IMG/VR virus record: IMGVR_UViG_3300028829_001232
Location: 1-36,061 of that record
DNA from: a virus
Lineage: Duplodnaviria > Caudoviricetes
Direction: 5' to 3' (one strand)
DNA length: 36,061 nt
Below are positions 9,820-18,600 of this stretch, piece after piece. Under the pieces are notes generated by a model. It ran no database searches. It was given only the letters and a program-made list of their open reading frames with translations, and was not told the DNA's origin. The position numbers were made by a program, and so were the translations under genes. Every line of letters starts with the position of its first letter. Position 1 is the first letter of the stretch.

Positions 9820-10979
9820 AAGAAGTAAAAAACGAAGAAGTGATCGAAGAGGTCACTCAAGAAACACCTCAAGAAGAGGTTGCTGAGGAGCAAAAACCCG
9901 AGGTAGATTTAAGTAAATTTGAAAGCAAAGATGATGACGAGGTCATTAAAATAGATTTAAGTAAACCCATAGAAACAGAATCAGAAACAGTAGATGAGAA
10001 CCAAACTGATCTCGAAGAAGTTGTTGCAGAAGTTACACAAGAAGAGAACGCTAGCGATGAGGTACCAACCCTTGAGGAAATTACCGATGAGGAAACTGTC
10101 ACAGAAGAAGAGGTAATAGAAGCTCTTGACGCAAATGAAGAGTCAGGGAAAGCTATACCAGAAAATGTTCAGAAGTTGCTAGACTTTATGGATGAAACAG
10201 GTGGAGACCTAGAAGACTACGTTAAGCTAAATAAAGACACTAGTGATTTAAGTGATCAAGATGCTTTACGAGAATACTACCAAAGAACTAAACCTCATCT
10301 AGCTTCAGATGAAATTGATTTTCTTATAGAAGATGGATTTTCATACGATGAAGATATAGATGATGAAAGAGATATTAAACGTAAAAAATTGGCCCTCAAA
10401 GAGCAAGTTGCCGAGGCCAAGACCTACTTAGACGGGCAAAAGTCTAAATATTACGAAGAGATTAAAGCTGGAAGCAAGCTCACAGGTGAGCAGCAGAAAG
10501 CAATTGATTTCTTCAACCGATACAATAAAGAGTCAGAGCAGACTAATCAAGCTGTCAAACGTAGTAGTGATGTTTTTGAACAAAAGACTAATAATCTTTT
10601 TAACGACAAATTCAAAGGTTTTGAATATAACGTCGGAGAAAAAAAATATCGATTCAACGTTAAGGATGTCGATGGTACAAGAGCTAAGCAGAGTGATATA
10701 AACAATTTCATGTCAAAGTTTGTCGATGAAAATAAATCGCTTTCGGATGCTAAAGGATACCACAAGGCGTTATATACAGCTATGAATTCCGATGCAGTTG
10801 CTCAACACTTCTATGAACAAGGAAAAGCCGATGCGCTGAAAGACAGTGTTAGGAAGTCGAAAAATATTGATATGGATCCTAGAGGTTCACACAAAGATAC
10901 GACTACCGGCGGCATGAAAGTTCGAGTGTTAGGTGATGATTCTGCTTCTTTTAAGTTCAAAATGAAAAATAAAAAATAA
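9816..10979 (+). CDS. Putative capsid scaffolding protein (387 aa)
   Basis: Very acidic low-complexity N-terminus, helical C-terminus, located between portal and MCP. Confidence 0.7.
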   Translation: MEEVKNEEVIEEVTQETPQEEVAEEQKPEVDLSKFESKDDDEVIKIDLSKPIETESETVDENQTDLEEVVAEVTQEENASDEVPTLEEITDEETVTEEEVIEALDANEESGKAIPENVQKLLDFMDETGGDLEDYVKLNKDTSDLSDQDALREYYQRTKPHLASDEIDFLIEDGFSYDEDIDDERDIKRKKLALKEQVAEAKTYLDGQKSKYYEEIKAGSKLTGEQQKAIDFFNRYNKESEQTNQAVKRSSDVFEQKTNNLFNDKFKGFEYNVGEKKYRFNVKDVDGTRAKQSDINNFMSKFVDENKSLSDAKGYHKALYTAMNSDAVAQHFYEQGKADALKDSVRKSKNIDMDPRGSHKDTTTGGMKVRVLGDDSASFKFKMKNKK

Positions 10980-11001
10980 CAATTTAAAAAATTAAGAAAA
11001 A

Positions 11002-12453
11002 ATGGCAATTACACCTGCAACTCAGACAAGAGCCGGTGCTGTAAAGACAGCTCTATCTGAGAATTATTTAGACATCCAAAATAATGGATGGGCGCAGCAA
11101 TACCTTCCAGATCTAATGGAAAAGGAAGCTGAAGTGTTCGGTAAAAGAACAATCTCTGGTTTTCTCGCTCAAGTTGGAGCTGAAGAAGCTATGGCTGCAG
11201 ACCAAGTTATTTGGTCAGAACAAGGCCGATTACACCTTTCATACAAAGGAACAATCGCCACAAACACCGTCAGTACTATTCAATTAGATACTGATATTGA
11301 CGATCAAGACGTGGGAACCACTCACGGTGTTCGCGTTGGAGATACTATTTTAGTGGCTTCTTCTGCTCTCACGGTTCAGTGTTACGTTTCTCAAATCAAT
11401 TCAGATACTGGTGGTGGGCAGAACTCTGGGTCAACAGACTTTATCACAGCTGTACCCTACTCCCATGAGCACCTTGACAATGCTGGTTTTGGAGCTGATG
11501 ACGCTGTTACTGTACTAGTTTATGGTTCAGAGTACGCAAAAGGAACCGCTGGTAAAGTTGGATCTAATGAGCCTTCTTTCACTACATTTACCAACAAGCC
11601 GATTATAATGAAAGACATGTACCAGGTTTCTGGTTCTGATGTTTCTCAAGTTGGCTGGGTGGAAGTTTCTGGTGAAGATGGACAAAACGGTTATTACTGG
11701 TACTTAAAAGCTGAAGGCGATACTCGCTCTCGCTTTATGGACTACGTTGAAATGGCGATGATTGAGTCTGAAAAAGCCGCTGTTGCTTCTATTGCTCTTG
11801 GCGGTGCTAATGACGTTAATGAACTTCAAGGTACTGAAGGTTTATTTGCAGCTATTGAGTCACGTGGTCACCAGTCTTCTGGTATTACCGGTGTCAACGC
11901 GGCTACTGATTTAGCTGAGTTTGACGCAATTTTAGCTGAGTTTGATAAGAACGGTGCTATTGAAGAAAACATGCTTTTCCTTAACCGAGCTACATCACTA
12001 GCTATGGATGACATGCTTGCTTCAATGAATTCCTACGGTGCTGGAGGTACTTCTTATGGAGTGTTTGACAACTCTGAAGACATGGCTCTTAACTTAGGAT
12101 TCTCAGGATTCCGTCGTGGATCTTACGACTTCTACAAGTCTGACTTCCGCTACCTGAACGATCTAGCTACGCGTGGTGGTATTAACGCTAGAAACACCGC
12201 TGGTGCTATTCGTGGTGTAGTTATTCCAGCTGGGGTATCCTCTGTGTATGACGATGTTTTAGGTAGAAATCTCAAGCGTCCTTTCTTACACACCCGTTTC
12301 AGAGCTTCAGCTACTGAGTCACGTAAAATGAAGACTTGGACTACTGGTTCTGTTGGAGCAGTTACATCTGATCTTGACGCGATGACAGTGAACTTCCTAA
12401 CTGAGCGATGCTTAGTTGTACAGGGAGCAAACAACTTTATGTTGTTGAACTAA
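11002..12453 (+). CDS. Major capsid protein (483 aa)
   Basis: Follows scaffold; size; strong codon bias (gct, ggt, tct, cgt); motifs WSEQGRLH, GTEGLFAAI, FLTERCL reminiscent of crAss-related MCPs; followed by a terminator. Confidence 0.88.
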   Translation: MAITPATQTRAGAVKTALSENYLDIQNNGWAQQYLPDLMEKEAEVFGKRTISGFLAQVGAEEAMAADQVIWSEQGRLHLSYKGTIATNTVSTIQLDTDIDDQDVGTTHGVRVGDTILVASSALTVQCYVSQINSDTGGGQNSGSTDFITAVPYSHEHLDNAGFGADDAVTVLVYGSEYAKGTAGKVGSNEPSFTTFTNKPIIMKDMYQVSGSDVSQVGWVEVSGEDGQNGYYWYLKAEGDTRSRFMDYVEMAMIESEKAAVASIALGGANDVNELQGTEGLFAAIESRGHQSSGITGVNAATDLAEFDAILAEFDKNGAIEENMLFLNRATSLAMDDMLASMNSYGAGGTSYGVFDNSEDMALNLGFSGFRRGSYDFYKSDFRYLNDLATRGGINARNTAGAIRGVVIPAGVSSVYDDVLGRNLKRPFLHTRFRASATESRKMKTWTTGSVGAVTSDLDAMTVNFLTERCLVVQGANNFMLLN

Positions 12454-12470
12454 GATAAGTATATTTGGTG

Positions 12471-12506
12471 AAACTACCTCTCCTTCGGGAGGGGTAGTTT
12501 TATATT
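12471..12506 (+). terminator. Intrinsic terminator after MCP
   Basis: 13-bp stem AAACTACCTCTCC/GGAGGGGTAGTTT (one G-U) with C(UUCG)G tetraloop, running into TTTTATATT. Confidence 0.85.
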
Positions 12507-12514
12507 AATTTTTT

Positions 12515-12532
12515 TATTATATTATATTATGG
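12515..12532 (+). repeat. (TATTA)x3-TGG leader, copy 2
   Basis: Identical 18-mer to 9802-9819. Confidence 0.8.
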
Positions 12533-13386
12533 CTAAAAAACAAACAAAAAAAGTAGAGGTTAAAGAACCCTACGTAGAAGAAACAGTTATGGTTGAAGAA
12601 GCTCCTAAAGAAATTTATGTGGAGCCTAAGATAAAACGAGTAGAACCGAGAAATCCAAGATCTGAAGATGGATGGGAAATCAAAGATAGAATCTATCACT
12701 TAAAAGGCAAAACACCTTTATCAAAGTTATTAAAGGGTAGTAACACTTACTGGTTTGACCAAGAAAAAGGTTACGAAAGAGAAGTTAAGTACTGCTCTAA
12801 CCAGACAACTTGTTTTGTTGATGAAATGAAAGGAGATCAAAGATTAGAGCATATTATATTTAGAAACGGCAATTTAGCCGTTCCAAAAAACAAAGTGGTA
12901 CTACAGAAACTTCTTTCATTGTATCACCCGTTAAAAGATGTTATATATGAAGAGCATAAACCATCTGTTATAGCGGAAAACCAAGTTGACAAAATAGAAC
13001 TTGAGATAGAAGCTTTAAACTCAGCAATTAACATGGACATTGACATGGCTGAAGCAGTTATGAGAGTAGAACTTGGCTCTAGAGTGTCTAACATGAGTTC
13101 TAAGGAGCTTAAACGTGATTTGTTACTGTATGCTAAGAAAAACCCTAAACTGTTCTTAGAATTAGTTAATGATGATAATGTGATGCTTAGAAACTTCGGT
13201 ATCAAAGCTACAGAGCTAGGGATTATAAAACTATCCTCTGATCAAAGAACGTTTAACTGGGGAACTAATGACAGAAAGTTAATGACCGTTCCTTTTGATG
13301 AACACCCATACTCAGCTTTAGCCGCTTGGTTTAAAACTGATGAAGGAATGGAGATATACTCCAATATAGAAAAACGATTAAATTAA
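12529..13386 (+). CDS. Capsid/portal-vertex-associated structural protein (285 aa), positional equivalent of the conserved post-MCP gene of crAss-like phages
   Basis: Immediately downstream of MCP; charged disordered N-terminus and helical C-terminus; function from synteny only. Confidence 0.6.
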   Translation: MAKKQTKKVEVKEPYVEETVMVEEAPKEIYVEPKIKRVEPRNPRSEDGWEIKDRIYHLKGKTPLSKLLKGSNTYWFDQEKGYEREVKYCSNQTTCFVDEMKGDQRLEHIIFRNGNLAVPKNKVVLQKLLSLYHPLKDVIYEEHKPSVIAENQVDKIELEIEALNSAINMDIDMAEAVMRVELGSRVSNMSSKELKRDLLLYAKKNPKLFLELVNDDNVMLRNFGIKATELGIIKLSSDQRTFNWGTNDRKLMTVPFDEHPYSALAAWFKTDEGMEIYSNIEKRLN

Positions 13387-13402
13387 TAATCAAAAATGGT
13401 GA

Positions 13403-13428
13403 TGCAACTGCCCTTCGGGGTGGTTGCA
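13403..13428 (+). other. UUCG-capped RNA hairpin without U-tract
   Basis: TGCAACTGCCC-TTCG-GGGTGGTTGCA, 11-bp stem with two G-U pairs, followed by an A-rich leader. Confidence 0.7.
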
Positions 13429-13447
13429 AAACTACAAAAAAAGAATT

Positions 13448-14143
13448 ATGGCAATAAGTGTAGATAGAGTGTATCAAACAGTGTTAGCGTTAGCTAATAA
13501 AGAACAACGAGGTTACATAACTCCGCAGGAGTTTAACTTATTCGCCAATCACGCTCAGAATTCAATATTTGAGCAGTACTTCTATGATCTAAACCAGTTC
13601 TACAGAATACCAAGTAACAACAGCGTTATATCAGACCCTAGGGATATTATAGAAGAAAAGGTGTCTGTGTTTAAGGAAATGTGGGGAGGAGAGCTTATAG
13701 ATTCTCCAGACATAAAAGACTTGCACAAAGTAGAAAGCGTGTGGGCTGAAGATAAAGACAAGCGAACAGCGTTAGCCGAAGAGCTCAGCTCGCTTGAAGA
13801 GTACTATGTACGTAATTCATCGAAACTTACTGAACCTTCGGTTAAAAGACCTGTGTATATCCTAGCTGGAGGCAGCATATCTGTATACCCTGTACCATAT
13901 AAAGCCCAAGTTAGCTACATTAGAACACCTAAAAATCCTAACTGGACGTATGTAATAGTTAACAACCAAGCCTTATGGAATCCTGGTGCTCAAGATAAGC
14001 AAGACTTTGAATTACATCCTTCGGAAGAGAAAAACCTAGTTACAAAAATTCTTCAATTAGCTGGTGTAGCTATTAAGGATTACAACATAGTGCAAGTGAC
14101 TGCTCAAGAAGAGCTCAAAAGTATTCAACAAGAAAAATCATAA
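13448..14143 (+). CDS. Tail ring/adaptor protein 1 (231 aa)
   Basis: ATG 13448 (MAISVDRVYQ) preferred, since the track's TTG start lies in the hairpin; NKEQRGYITPQEFNLFA and SYIRTPKNPNW fit crAss-type ring/head-tail adaptor proteins. Confidence 0.7.
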   Translation: MAISVDRVYQTVLALANKEQRGYITPQEFNLFANHAQNSIFEQYFYDLNQFYRIPSNNSVISDPRDIIEEKVSVFKEMWGGELIDSPDIKDLHKVESVWAEDKDKRTALAEELSSLEEYYVRNSSKLTEPSVKRPVYILAGGSISVYPVPYKAQVSYIRTPKNPNWTYVIVNNQALWNPGAQDKQDFELHPSEEKNLVTKILQLAGVAIKDYNIVQVTAQEELKSIQQEKS

Positions 14144-14146
14144 TAG

Positions 14147-15607
14147 ATGGGTTTATTAGACGGAGTTTCTTTAAAAAACTATTACCAAGGTCAAGATCTT
14201 GGTAACTACCAATTTGTTCCGCTAGATAATATCATATCGCAATTCCAAGTTATGTATGTTGGAGAGGATAAGATTATATCAAAGGCGAGTAGGACTGATA
14301 TAGCGTTTCACGCTCAAAGGGCTTTAGCGGAACTTTCATTTGACACGTTTAAGTCTTTTAAATCGCAGCAAATAGATCTGCCCCCAGGTTTAGTTATGCC
14401 GATCCCCCCCGACTACGTGAATTACACTAAGATATCTTGGGTTGATAACGCAGGTGTTAAACACCCTATATATCCCACTAGACATACGTCTAACCCATTT
14501 CAAGTGAACCAAGATGCTGATAAAGCCTACGAATTTGTTTCCGCTAATGGTCCGGTTATTACCAACGGAGATTTCAACGCAGCTTTAGAATACGGATGGT
14601 CTTACACGAGCGGCGGAACGGATAAAAGTAATGTTTCATCAACTACTTCTGTTGTAAGCGAGGTACTGACTTTTAAACATGGACAGCATCAACTTGGTAA
14701 TCAACCAATGCATACAAGAGGTATGGCCGCTTGGCAATTGATGGATGTTTCTGGATTAAACGCTCTTAACATATCAGCTGACGGGGTTGCCGCGTCTGAC
14801 GTTAGCGGGGAGTACAGCTCTGCGAATTTAAAAATAGGACTTAGCACAGAACCAGGTGATGATAATACATACCCTTTTGCAACAGGAGGTAATCTTTCAT
14901 CGGAAAACTTCTCTGATGAAAGTTATATAGAAGGCACTGTTATAGAGTGGACGGCTGGTGTTACCAGCACACAAGAGATACTTGATGTAGATGTGTCAAG
15001 TTATGACCAAATATACATTGTCATTAAGTCAAAAGTTACCGCTGATACTAGTTCCACTCAAGCTTTAACTGCAACTAATACTATAGATAACATTAGCGTA
15101 TCAAATCCTCACGCTACGTTTGACCTTACGGCTGAAGAAGGATTTGAGGTAAATAGTTCTACTTGGAACAACTACAAAGCTAATACACCATCTGAAAATT
15201 CTATTCAAGATTATAGATATGAGCAACACTGGTTAAATCCCAATGAACGTTATGGCCTTGAACCAAGCCACGCTCAAATAAATGGTTCCTTTTATATAGA
15301 TCAAAGATTAGGTAGAATTCACTTCTCATCTAATATATCTGGAAAAACAGTTATACTAGATTATATAAGCGACAGTTTAGGTACAGACGGAGAGATGCAG
15401 GTACCTAAGCTAGCTGAAGATGCCATGTATAAACACATGCTGTATGATCTGATATCTACTAGATCGAATATCGGTGGAGGTAGATTAAACTTTCATAAAA
15501 AAGAAAAGTTTGCCGCGGTTAGAAAAGCCAAACTCAGACTATCAAATATTAAATTAGAAGAGTTAACACAAATACTTAGAGGTCAGTCTAAACAAATAAA
15601 ACACTAA
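14147..15607 (+). CDS. Tail ring/tubular protein 2 with CBM-like insertion (486 aa)
   Basis: Ring-like motifs PPDYVNYTKIS, ILDYISD, VPKLAEDA flank a ~185-aa beta-rich insert (ITNGDF...IDNISV). Confidence 0.65.
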   Translation: MGLLDGVSLKNYYQGQDLGNYQFVPLDNIISQFQVMYVGEDKIISKASRTDIAFHAQRALAELSFDTFKSFKSQQIDLPPGLVMPIPPDYVNYTKISWVDNAGVKHPIYPTRHTSNPFQVNQDADKAYEFVSANGPVITNGDFNAALEYGWSYTSGGTDKSNVSSTTSVVSEVLTFKHGQHQLGNQPMHTRGMAAWQLMDVSGLNALNISADGVAASDVSGEYSSANLKIGLSTEPGDDNTYPFATGGNLSSENFSDESYIEGTVIEWTAGVTSTQEILDVDVSSYDQIYIVIKSKVTADTSSTQALTATNTIDNISVSNPHATFDLTAEEGFEVNSSTWNNYKANTPSENSIQDYRYEQHWLNPNERYGLEPSHAQINGSFYIDQRLGRIHFSSNISGKTVILDYISDSLGTDGEMQVPKLAEDAMYKHMLYDLISTRSNIGGGRLNFHKKEKFAAVRKAKLRLSNIKLEELTQILRGQSKQIKH

Positions 15608-15610
15608 TAT

Positions 15611-18600
15611 ATGCCTGAGATTAAAAATACTTTTATTCAAGGTAAGATGAACAAAGACCTTGATGAAAGATTAATTCCAAACGGACAATATAGGGATGCC
15701 TTGAACATAGGTGTTACGTCTTCTGAAACTTCAGACGCTGGTGCTATCGAAAATATATTAGGCAACACTCAGGTAGACGCTGTCATACCAGAGGGCTATA
15801 CTTGTGTCGGTAGTATTTCAGATGAAACGACAAACACTTTATATTGGTTTGTTAAAGGTGACGATAGAGACGCTATACTTAGATTTAACGAAGAAGAATC
15901 ACTTGTCGTTATCGTTGACGCATATGAGTCAAGCAGTGAGAGGTTTTTAAATTTCACAGGTGATCATATTACTGGTATAAATATAGTAGATAATTTTCTT
16001 TTCTGGACCGACGGCAACTCCGAGCCAAAAAAGATTGATCTAGACAAAAAGTACCATGATGACACAAGTCTTTCGGTTGACGATCAACCTTCAGCTTTGT
16101 TATATGTTAATGGTGTTAGTGAGGGGAACTTGCAAGAGCAACATATAACGGTTATAAAAAAGAAACCAAGTATAGCTCCAACAGTGAGTATTAATACGTC
16201 TGATACCGTTTTAGAAGTGAGGAGCGAGTCTATATTTGAGAAGATATTCCCTAGGTTTTGTTTTAGATATAAATATGACAGCGGGGAATACTCTGCATTT
16301 GGACCTTTTACAGACGTTGTTTTTAATCCAATTTACACAGTAGGATTTGGTCAGTTCGATAACTACGTAACTGAAGAACCTTACAATAGAGCTATGACAA
16401 ATGTTATAGACTCAATAGATTTATATGACTTTGTACCGTCTGATATACCTAAAGATGTTGTTCAAGTAGATATACTGTATAAGCAAGAAAATTCTAACGT
16501 AGTATATTCAGTGGCTAATATAAGAAGCACTGACGATGAGTTTACCGCCGATGGTTCTCAACAGCTTATAGGTGAAGTACAGGGCACGGTATCTAAGCAT
16601 AAAGGTAAGTATAACATTTCTACAGAGAATATACATGCTGCTTTACCAGAAAGTCAACTTTTAAGACCATGGGACAACGTGCCTAGATCAGCGTTAGCAC
16701 AAGAGATTACAGGTAATAGATTAGTGTACGGTAACTACAAGCAAGGTTATTATCTTGACGTAGAGCCTAAACTTACAGCTAATTATAATCGCAGGCAATC
16801 TGGAAATTTTAACGAAGGAGGATTAAAGTCTATAAAGTCAAAAAGAGATTATCAAGTTGGGGTTGTTTTAGGGGATAAGTACGGTAGAGAAACACCTGTG
16901 TTTACTTCACCAGGAGGCAGCGTTAAGCTAAAATGGAATGATGATGGATTAACACTTTGTAGTTCGTCTTTAATGTTCGAAGTCAAACTAGATTCAGATC
17001 TTCCAGATTGGACTGATTACTACAAGTTTTATGTTAAGCAGTCATCTGGTGAGTATTACAACCTATTAGCAGATAAAGCCTACGTTCCATTTAAGCACGT
17101 TGATTTTAACAACAAGGAACAGCATATATGGTTGTCTTTACCCTCTTCTGATCGCAATAAGCTTTTAGAGGATGATTTTATTATGCTTAAAAAAGTATAC
17201 AACGGAAATGATAGTCAGTTTGTCACTAACGATAATAAATTTCAAGTACTGGATATAGAAAATGAAGCTCCAGATGCTGTTAAATTTGTTTTCTCTAATC
17301 TAGGTGAAGTTGGTAACTCTTCGGCGAGTAATCAAGAAAACCTTTTGGCAGGTGATGATACTGACGGATTTGCTGAACATATATTTCCAGATTCGGCTAG
17401 AAGAATAGATGTTGAAACAGACACGATATATATCAACAAACTTGCTTGGTTAAACTTTAGTTGCAGCGGAGCTCCATTGGTTATTGAAACCCCTAGCCTC
17501 ACGGGTGGCGCTACAGCTGCTGAAACTGTTAAAGACATATTTATTTCTTGGGAAAAAAATGGTAACAACTCAGATAGATATAGAGTTTCAAGCGTTAGCT
17601 TAGGCGCGGTTTCGATAGACGCTAACACCTATGTTTTAAAATTAAGCAAAAAAATCACTTCTAGCGACGCTGCTTTATGTGAGGGAGTTTCAAGTGCTTT
17701 TTTAAGTGAAGATTTAAAGTTTAACATCTCAAGAAGGGACGAAAGAAGTACAGAGGATTTTAGCGGTAAGTTTTTTGTTAAAATTAAGATAGACACTAGT
17801 TTAATAGACGTCGTTTCAACCGGGTTTACGCCTGACCAAATTTACGTTTGGAGCTCTCAAGATACAAGCTATCTTTATGACGTTCATAATATATCAAGTA
17901 TTCTTCCTGAATCGGAGGGTATCGTAAACTCTAGTACTACTAGCACGCAACCTACAGTCACCCCGTCGTCGGGTATCAGTGGTATAAACGGTAGGTTAAA
18001 TACGGCTGAGGAGTGGGCTTCTTTGCTTTCAGGAGATGATAACTCTGTAGGTAGAACGTTTTTTATAGATAACCTATCTTTTATATCTTCTAACCCTTCT
18101 TCGAGTAGTTACGCTAAAGAATCTGGGGAAGGATGGTATGGAGCTCGAACTCAATATGGGTCCTATAGCTGGGGGTTTAACGCTAACTTTGTAAGGCCTG
18201 TATCTACTCCTGATGCAGACTTTATACCCGCGGCGGAAATTTCGGGTTTGCCAGACGGTTATTATGGTTGGCGTTTTGGCGAACCAGCATCAGCGTCATC
18301 TCAAGAGAGCGGTTCTCTGTTGACGGGAGTGCTGCAAGAAGGGTTTGCTGTAGCAGCGCAAAATGTCACTGGAAGCGGGTTCGGGTTACAACCCTACCCT
18401 CTATTATTGGGAAATGAGGCGGTTGTAAACGGTATAGACGGTTTTATGATTTCCAACTTAGAGCATACTGGAGCTTATGCTGGCTACAAGCGATGGTTAA
18501 GCGATACTATATACAGCGATACTAATTTGGAAGGTTCTAATACTGACACAACGTATGGCGAGGTTAATACTGCTGGTAAGTTTTTCCTACACTTATCTTT

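Noticed and set aside
3833-10980. AAATAAC in three intergenic regions (3833, 9795, 10974) as a promoter motif
   Set aside because: Low complexity, overlaps stop codons in two cases, variable spacing to ATG; not distinguishable from chance
12460-12467. TATATTTG matching the Bacteroidota -7 promoter element TAnnTTTG
   Set aside because: No well-spaced -33 TTTG, and the transcript would start inside the terminator hairpin; likely chance
13424-13447. TTG start for ring protein 1
   Set aside because: Lies in the hairpin stem; ATG 13448 follows a typical A-rich leader
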